The notes beneath the pieces were generated by a model that saw only the letters and a program-made list of their open reading frames with translations, did no database searches and was not told the origin of the DNA. Of a DNA stretch of 64,000 nt, positions 53,101-62,100 are shown in pieces. How positions within the stretch are numbered: position 1 is the first letter of the stretch; every line of letters begins with the position of its first letter. The DNA comes from Phoronis australis. Taxonomy: Eukaryota; Animalia; Phoronida. Both the position numbers and the translations under genes were made by a program. The stretch covers positions 1,087,004 to 1,151,003 of the forward strand of contig NMRA01000031.1 of the NCBI GenBank assembly GCA_002633005.1, read 5' to 3'.

Positions 53101-56100
53101 TGTTTTGAAAGACTGACGTTATGGTTGAAATTTAAGGAAACAGTTTTGTCTGACAGGGTTGCATCAGTGTATGTTTCTCAACCCCCTTTAAATCATGTCG
53201 ACACCTCTAGGGCATTTTAATATAAGTTAATTATTTTGGTTTCTTGAATGTCCATAACTGGCACTTACTCAGTCTAGGAAAATGTTGAAGGTATTTAATT
53301 GACATTGTGTCATAATCCACCAATTGTCATTAAACCATTTGCATTCTTTTGTCTCATTAATTTTCTAAAGTTATATGGTGTTGTCAGGATGTTATTTTTG
53401 ACTGGAAAATGCGATAGTACAATACGTGTATCAATATTATTTGATGGTATTTAATATAATATTGCCAGGATGTCGCTTTTGACTGAAAAATGTGAGAATA
53501 CGATATGCCATTCAATATTATTTGAAGGTGTTTGATGTCGTCTAATATATTGTCAGGATGTTGTTTTGAGCTGACGCATTCATTGACTGGATGTAAAGAC
53601 CCTATGTGCTGTTGAATATCAGCTGATATTTTCAGGATGTTGTTTTGGACAGACTGGGAGCCGGACCGTCCGAGGATTGAAGCGTGCTCTATGAGCGGCG
53701 ATCAGAGCACACGTTATGTAGTGTTTGATGTAAGCTCCATCGCTGATGCAGGTTGGCCCAATGGTCTCACCTTGGACTATGAGGTCTCGAGGATCTACTG
53801 GATAGACGCCAGGTACATGCCAAGGAACAATCATAGTGAAATTACGTTACTTGTCAGGACATGTTTCACTCGGAATTTATTTAGTCCTGATTATGATCAT
53901 CAGGTGGCATGAAGGTTCTTAAATTCAGACTTCAATGGTTCCCTGCCTGAACACTAGATGACATGACAGCTACCACATGTCTAGGTACACTACAACTTGG
54001 TAAAAGTTCAAACATTCTGAGCAATGAGAAGATGCTATTGCATCTAAACAGTGGTGACTGCTCTGAGGTGCATGGTAGTGGCCAACTGGAGTTTCACATT
54101 CTCGAGTTTATTTGTGTTACTGGAAGAATCTGGGCATTGGGCGAGTTTGTGCATTCAATAATACTTGGCACAATTATTGGTCTACTTTTGGTGGGGGAAA
54201 ACATGCAGGGAAAGAAAAATTGGAGAATGAATAATTGCTCAGTTGCTGTTGAGTATCTCATGTGTCAGACTACAGAGCTGTCTCATTTCTTACCATGCAC
54301 TCTGCTGTAGGTCTGATTCCATTCACACCATCCACTACGACATGTCAGGATACAGAGAGATCATGCGCGGTTATGAGTTTCTCTCACATCCGTTCGCCAT
54401 CACTGTGTTTGGCAACTACCTCTATTGGACAGACTGGAGAACTAACAGCGTGATAATGGTACGGTTGTGTTTACACCAATCAGTCAGTGCATGCGTACCG
54501 ATGAATTAGTTGTTTTTAGATTCTTTTTGGTTGACTTGTTTATGGGTTCTGACCTCAGTCTGTTTCCATTAGATTCTTGAGTGGTCCTTCAGTATGAGAA
54601 AATGAAAAAATGAAAAGTTTCTTTATTTGGAGCTGTCAAAGGCACAGAGAATATGAAAGTAAAAATTGTGTCTATTAATTGGAAACGTTAATTTTGTTAT
54701 ATATGAATGAGTAATAGTACAAGCCAAAAGAAAACAAGCGAAATGTCCGGTCATGATGGCTCTACTCAAGTGGAATTCCAATGCAGAGTGTAAATGGAAT
54801 GCACCATCACTGTAGTCATTCGTCTTGATGGGTAACTGTACTCAAGTGGAAAAGCTGTTCACTAGAATTCCTGTAATTCAGACCTAATCAGTCGTAAAGA
54901 AACCTCATGTCATTTTTCTAAGGTGCAGCGCTTGATAAACATAGATGACAGATTCATTGTAATTAGGTTACCCATTGCCTCACTGCAGCGCAAGAGTCGC
55001 CCTTTTTATCGGCAATTGCATCGGATTAAAACTGATTCATGTACATATGTGTTACATGTAGTTACAGTTGCAAAAATAGCTTTAGATGAATTTCAAATTA
55101 TTTATAGTTAATCGAGTGTTCCTTTTTTGTCGGTTGTGGGACTCATTTCTACATGAGCATGTATTGAGATTGTGTAGTTTTATACTTGTATTATTATCAT
55201 TTCCAAGGCAAGATGACGAAAAGTTTACAAATAATGTAAGAATCCAAACATAATTTCTAGAAATGGTTCATCGGGACAATCTTCCTCTCTTCAGACAAAC
55301 GTTGATCCTATGCATGTATTTTGCAAAGTATTTCCCAGTTCTATTTGTGTTCGTGATTTTGCGATGATCAAGTTGAACGCAGACATTGGTCTGTACCAGG
55401 GTGAAACAAAGTCAGTTATTAAGAGCTTCTGAAAAAACAAGAGTGTTTGAAAGGTATAGTAAAACTATCACGGCTTTTATTAAAAAAAATCTCCGTAGTT
55501 CAGCTATACATTGTTGTGAATGACGATAATCCAGTCGTTGTTGTTATGATGGTTATTGCGCTGAGTTGTGTACTTGGGTCAGTATTATTGGTTAACTCTA
55601 CAAAATCAGTTTTATCAGCATTGGAAGATTATGATAAGAGATAACGGTGGTTATGCTGGGTTATAATGCATCATTTTCAATCAGAATTAAGTGGAAAGGA
55701 ACCTGCACGTGAAATTTACTTTCGTGACGAGGAAATGGTATTTTGTCTGTTTTCTTTTGGCTCATACTGTATCTAGCTTGTTGTCTGTGTTAAGTTTCTT
55801 TGCATTACTCATCAGCCTCTCAAATTATTGAAATATTTTTTGATACGAAGCTAATGGAAATTGTATTGTTACCCTGTCAAAGGACAATATCCCCATTTTA
55901 GGAGGTTTTATCCGTTTAATTTCACACTCAGTTTGTTACTGTATAGTCTTCTATCGATTCCCAGTTTAAGTTGAACCCATCTTATATAATAATACATTAC
56001 TATAGCATGTATGTATTTCATCATGTGGTGGCTAGGCAAACAAGTGGAATGGTACAGATGTCAAGGCCATACAGCGGGGAACAACCCAGCCATTCGATAT

Positions 56101-59100
56101 CCAGATGATGCACCCACTGAGACAGCCCTCAGGTACATCGTTAAATGTGTACACGGAAGACAAAATAACCTCTAAAATGAGCCACATAGACATTGACCTA
56201 ATTTAATAAAGATTCGAAGGCAAAAATCGTGGGAAATGTCTTGGCGGAAGCTATCACTTTCATGACACCTGTTGGCAGTCTTGTAGATTTACTATTTAAT
56301 TTTGCTGCATTGCCACTAATCTATGGGTGCAGAGAGAATAAATTTCCCCTACTGGAAATTTACCTCGTTAACGCAAATGGTAAAAAATGTTAGTTTGTCA
56401 TGTGGTAGGTGTTAATGGTTGATATCATGTAGATGGAATTTTTGCTACACTGCTGTTGCTGAGTCAGGTGGTTAAGTCAGTATCTTGTAAAGGGAACGTC
56501 TAATTTTCTGTTCTACTCTGATTCCCCTTCATCAGTTAGTGTGTGTTTATGTTTGTGTGGTAGTAGTTCCTTGCCCTGTAATTAGACTCCTTGTCTAACA
56601 TGCGTTGTATGCTCTTCTGCATTGCACTCTTCTCTCGTAGTGTCAAATGTCCCTTGAATATCAACCTCTGACCTTGAAAGTAACTCCAGGTTGACCTTGA
56701 AAAGAACTTGAAAACTAAAGAAAGGCTTTGAGAAGTTGAATTTCAACTTTGTCTTGTTTTCATCAATTTTAAAAAATGTTTTGAATTTAACAAATGGCAT
56801 GACTGACATTTGATGCCAGCTTACAATGAGTGCCTGAAGGAGAGTCTTTGAGAAGTACTGCAGTTAATATAAGAAAAGTCCTTGAATTTGAAAGTCAAAT
56901 TGAGGGGGCGCATCTTGCATAATTCATTTTATGGCTTTATAAAGTGTCTTTCTTGCTGGTTATAGAACTTGAAAATATTTGTCTCTCAAGTTTAGTTAAA
57001 GCGGTTCTTTCTTCATGTCACCTTTTTCCATAAAAGGTAACAACTTTTGTCAGACATTTCTAGTTTCAATTCGTTGAGTTATTTTTCAGAAGCGCTAACT
57101 AAAGCAGCTAAAATTATTCTAAAATTCTGGTATGCAATTTTGTAAAATCAGGGCAAGATGACATTTTGTCAGTTTTTTGAAAACCACCGACATATTGAAG
57201 TTGACCAATCTCTTGGTTTATCCATATTTACTCTTGAGTCATTTGCATTAATTTCTGTTTCACATCCTTCACGTTTGCAGTCAGTAGCAATCCTTGTGTA
57301 AAGAATGGAGGATGTTCTCATCTATGTCTGCTACACCGAGATAGGAGTACCAAGAAACTGACGCGCAAGTGTAAATGTCCGCATCTGATGAAACTACACA
57401 CTGATGGTAAAACGTGCATTGGTAAGTTACATACCTAGCACTTGACCTAAAAGTGTTATGGGATACTGAACGTTCCACAGGTGTTAAAGCGGAGGTACAG
57501 GACAGGCATTTGATTTTGAACATGTACGGCTATGAAATCAGTGTCGTCTTGTTCCTTACTCTGATGAATAGTTTCTGTGCGATGGAAAAACTGACTGTTG
57601 AGTATTGGTTAAAACTGTACGCAGTGAATAAAGGGACGCACTGTGACCAGTCGACTTATTGATCGTGATCTCAAACAACAATAAGGATTCCATGTCCAGC
57701 AATTTCTTCTTATTTTAAGGAGTAAGTTACGACTATTTTTATAATGCTATGTTGTAGTCAGCTGGGAACCACTAAGCTCTAATAGACCTCAATATTTCAC
57801 ACAGCCCGGGTAGGCCTGCTTGTCACCTCGTCGTGAAACTTATATCAGCATGTGGAGTTAACAACATCGGGGGTACATGCGAAATCTGGGAGCGGCACTC
57901 ACCTTGCAGGTTGCAGCCGTTTAGAAAGAAAACAACCTAATAAACGTCATTGTCTTGCATAATTGTCTGTCTTTTGTAATAAAGAAAAGTCCATCGTCGA
58001 AAATAGTGCGATCATGACATGGTCGCGCACCATTTGCTGATTTTTTACAAAGTCTCTCTAGAGATGACAGCTTTGCAGCAGCAAAATTTGCTCTTTAACT
58101 CAGTTGCTGTTATTAAAATACCAAAAACTTATAGCACAATGAAACCAGCTGCGATAATTTGTTCTGGCACATCCGCAACCTCATGAAAGAAGAACAGCTA
58201 ATTGGAGAATTGGAGAAAAACGAAACTGACCAATAAGTGACACCATATTTCATGGCGTCGAAAACCGACGCATAAAATCGCTCCACAACTTTAGCAGCAG
58301 AATAACTGTAGAAACCCAATTTATTTTTTTGACACCAGTAAATATTTTTAGTTTACTCAAGGAAGCATGTAATTTTTATGACACTAAGTTTGTGTCTGAT
58401 ATGATAGCCAGTTTGTGCAAAGCTTTATATTATTTAGTATACAACTTTGCACTTAGACTATGTGTAGACCTGCTTTAGAACTCCTTGGTTATGAATCTGA
58501 TTTTTCATGTGGAATATTAGCAGATAAAAGCACTGAATGCATGTTTGTGCGACTTGAAATGTGTATTTGGTATATTGGTAAATACGCACACTGTTGTACA
58601 GTTTCTTTTACACTCAGTGTCTTGTTTGATAAATGGTATAATAAGCATATTTTAATCTACTATTTCCATTACAGCCAATGAAAAATTCCTGCTGTTTGCG
58701 CGCCAGAATGAGATCCGCGGCGTTGACCTCGCCAACTGTAACTTCAGCGTGATCCCCTCGTTCACCGCGCCGCACGTGGACAAGCCGGTCACTATAGACT
58801 ACGACCACGAAGAACGTAAACTGTACTGGACTGACCAGACACTGAACGTAATCACTACGGCATCACTCAATGGGACGGGGTTAGAAACCGTGGTCGATAC
58901 TGGTGAGTGGTTGGACAATGTGAACTGCCAGTGGCAAGGCTGCTACTCTAGCGCCCCCTAGCACTTGTCAGCCTTGGCATAACCTGGTGGTTCTTCTTTG
59001 TATCTTTGCTGAATTTATAGTTTATGTAAGAAAAGACCGGGTTTAGTGTACCCATGTACAACAATAGTTTTTTTTTCTAATACTTGTCACAGTTCCTCTT

Positions 59101-62100
59101 AAAACGCGCACTTAGCATCTCATTGTCCACAATGCACTTGGAGAAACATTTAGTCAACAGGATTATGTTGACCTTTGACCTGATTTTTTTCTGATGTCTG
59201 AAACTAAGTTACCTTTGAGACTAAATCCATAATCTATTCTGATGTGGATTTTTGTCTCACTTCATTAATTGCAGAAAATACAAGTTAAGACCAGGGTACT
59301 CTGGCACACAAAATATGTCTCCAACATCTCCATATGGAGATCTATTCCCAAATAGATCATTTTGTTGGTAAAAATCTAGTTTCGAACAGCATTTGATAAT
59401 GACAGGACTGTCTCATCCCTACAACTATCTCAATTTAAACTAGCTGTAATGTCAAGGCTTCTTCACGCTTACAAGACAAAAATAATCACTGACAGACAAA
59501 AGTAATCACTGACAGACAAAAAAATGTTTCCCAGTCATGTACTTCAGCTGACAGCAAAAATGACTAGTAGTGACTCCTATGGGGATAAAATTGTAGTAAC
59601 AGAATGACTTNGGCCACCTTTCTTACTTTCATGTTAATTCCGCTTGTTATGAATTTGGTTTATGTCCAGTTGTTACTACATTTTGTCTGGCGCATACTTT
59701 TGGCGTGTACTGTTTTAGCCTAAAATAGGACGGAAGATTTGCTATATGCAAAAACCATCAAGTTTTGTGATGAAACTTGTTACAGTTCATTTGTCAACTA
59801 CAGTATGTTGTTTATAACAGACATTGAATGAAGTTTACGTTTGACCAACTGCAGTAGCTGGAAACAGCAATTATCTAAAATGTTGTTTCTGAGTAGTATA
59901 GAATAATTCCAGTATGATGGAATTTAATCAGTTTTGGTTCAAAATTACAAGATAATGTGTCTTTATGGCAACACCATCTTATAGATGTTTGTTATACATA
60001 ATTGTCATACAGTCTTTACCTGCTTACTTGTTCAGGTATCACCATGCCAACCAGTTTTGCCATTGACTGGGTATCATCCAACATGTATGTGACATCAACC
60101 ATTGAAGATAAGACGCAGCTGTTGGTCTCCAAGTTGAATGGCGCCTTCAGGACTCTGCTGAGGACAGATACCTACCAAGGCAAACCTACCTCGCTGGCTC
60201 TTTATCCAGAAATGGGGTAAGGTGGTGGATTCAGGAACATTGGTACACTGTAGCATTAAGGACGACCAGATTGTGAGTTTAGCTGAAGGGTATTTTGCAG
60301 CTCAGAATGATTCAATTATTTCCAAAAAATGTGAAATCTTGGCAACGCTGTCCAGTTTTGGTGAAGTTTGTGGGAAAAGAAGTATCGCGTAAGAGAAAAA
60401 TTCACTCCGTGTAAATGTTAAGAGTTACTTGAACTTTTGATAAATAATGAAGAAGATAAATCTGAAACTAAGTAATGTGATCCAGATCCTCTGAAGGATA
60501 CTATGGTTTGACGAAATGTAGAATATGTATATATTATATAAATAAAACAAAAATAATGGATCAATTTTCGGATATAATCACATAACATCCTTTGTCAACA
60601 GAAGCATAAACAAAATAAAATCAAACAGGATATGACAATTGACGTCTGATACTTGTCGTAATGAACACGGTAGATTGTTGCGGAAAAAAGCAAAAGATAT
60701 TGTTTAAGAAGTCCATGTTCAATCCATTGGGTTCAAGTGTTTTAAGCTTATCTATCCAAAATTGAGAACAATTTATTGTTTCTGTTGACAAAGGATGTGA
60801 TTATATCCAAAATTTTCAGTTGATCCATTGTTGTTTTATTTATAAAAATTCTATTTTCAGTTGAATAGATGTGCATCAGTTTTTCTAAGACCGCTGTGCT
60901 TTGCCCTTCATTCAGCGATTTTGAAATAACTGCTTTTGCATGGTGGCCAATATGGTAAAAACTCTAGTTTGGGACAGTGAAAATTATTACTTTACTCAAA
61001 GCCAGAATTTGCACCTAATTTTTTAATTATGCAATACTCGGCATCCCAAATTCAATAATCAATAGAAAGGCAACAAAGTAAGCCATGTCTTAAATTCTGG
61101 AATTAGGCTACACATGATAAAATATTGCGGTTATACTCTATAGATGGTCATCAGTCGGAAACATTGCTGGTTTTGTGCATGAGTTATTTGTTACCACGGT
61201 TACAAACCAAACCAATTGTGGTTATCCAATTCCTTGGCAATATTGCACTGTTTGGTGCCCAGCATATTCAGGTCACGGCTGTTTGCGCACAATGTCCCGA
61301 TAGATGGTTGTGACTTGGAATAAACAACAACCTGTGTCAATTTACGTCTTGTTTTCTATCACAAAAGACAGCAAATGTGATAATGGCATTTTGTCCACTT
61401 TTAACGTCTGCTCTATCCATGCATTGCCTTCGACGTTTCAGTTTTTGTGTTTTTTTTGTAAAAAAATTTTGAGGGCTATTTTGTCGGTGTCAATACACAT
61501 TTAATACTGCAATGTTTGTTTACACAGGCGTCTATTTATAAGTGGGCCACAGGAGCATTCCATATATGTCATCGACATGGCGGGAAACGATAGGAAACCG
61601 CTGATCAGTGACGAGAACAACATTAAATCACCGTCCAGTAAGTTGTTGGACCTGAGTCTGAACACAGCGGCTATTTCGTTCAACCAAACTCTGAAATAAG
61701 CAGTTGATCTAATCAGACAAATAAATTATATGCAAGGCAATTTTCAGTTAACATTAACTGTTTCTGAAGAACCCACTGGATTTCAACTTGATTAGCTACG
61801 AATCTGAAAACAATATAATTTGAATGAAGCCACTGCGATGTCCATTTTATGATCTGCATTGGCTGATGGACAGTCATCAGGTCTTTGAATATGTTTTGTT
61901 GCATACTTCAGCAATAAGTGGGACAGATGTTGCTGGACCCGAGCTTGACAAATAAGGCGGTCAAAATTCAACTATTTTTGTACATGATATATGGAAATGA
62001 ATGGTGATCTTTGATCCACCGGGTTCAAAACGTCTCCAAGCCCTCATTTGCTTGCATTGTCTAGCAATAATTGTGGAAAATTTTAATCCGTCTCCTCAGA

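Noticed and set aside
59050-59611. Reverse-oriented HINE-like remnant (gttgacctttgacct, gacagaca repeats) next to the N at 59611
   Set aside because: Too degenerate to define boundaries. The N marks a contig join that could hide sequence, but exons 34 and 35 join in frame, so no exon appears to be missing.
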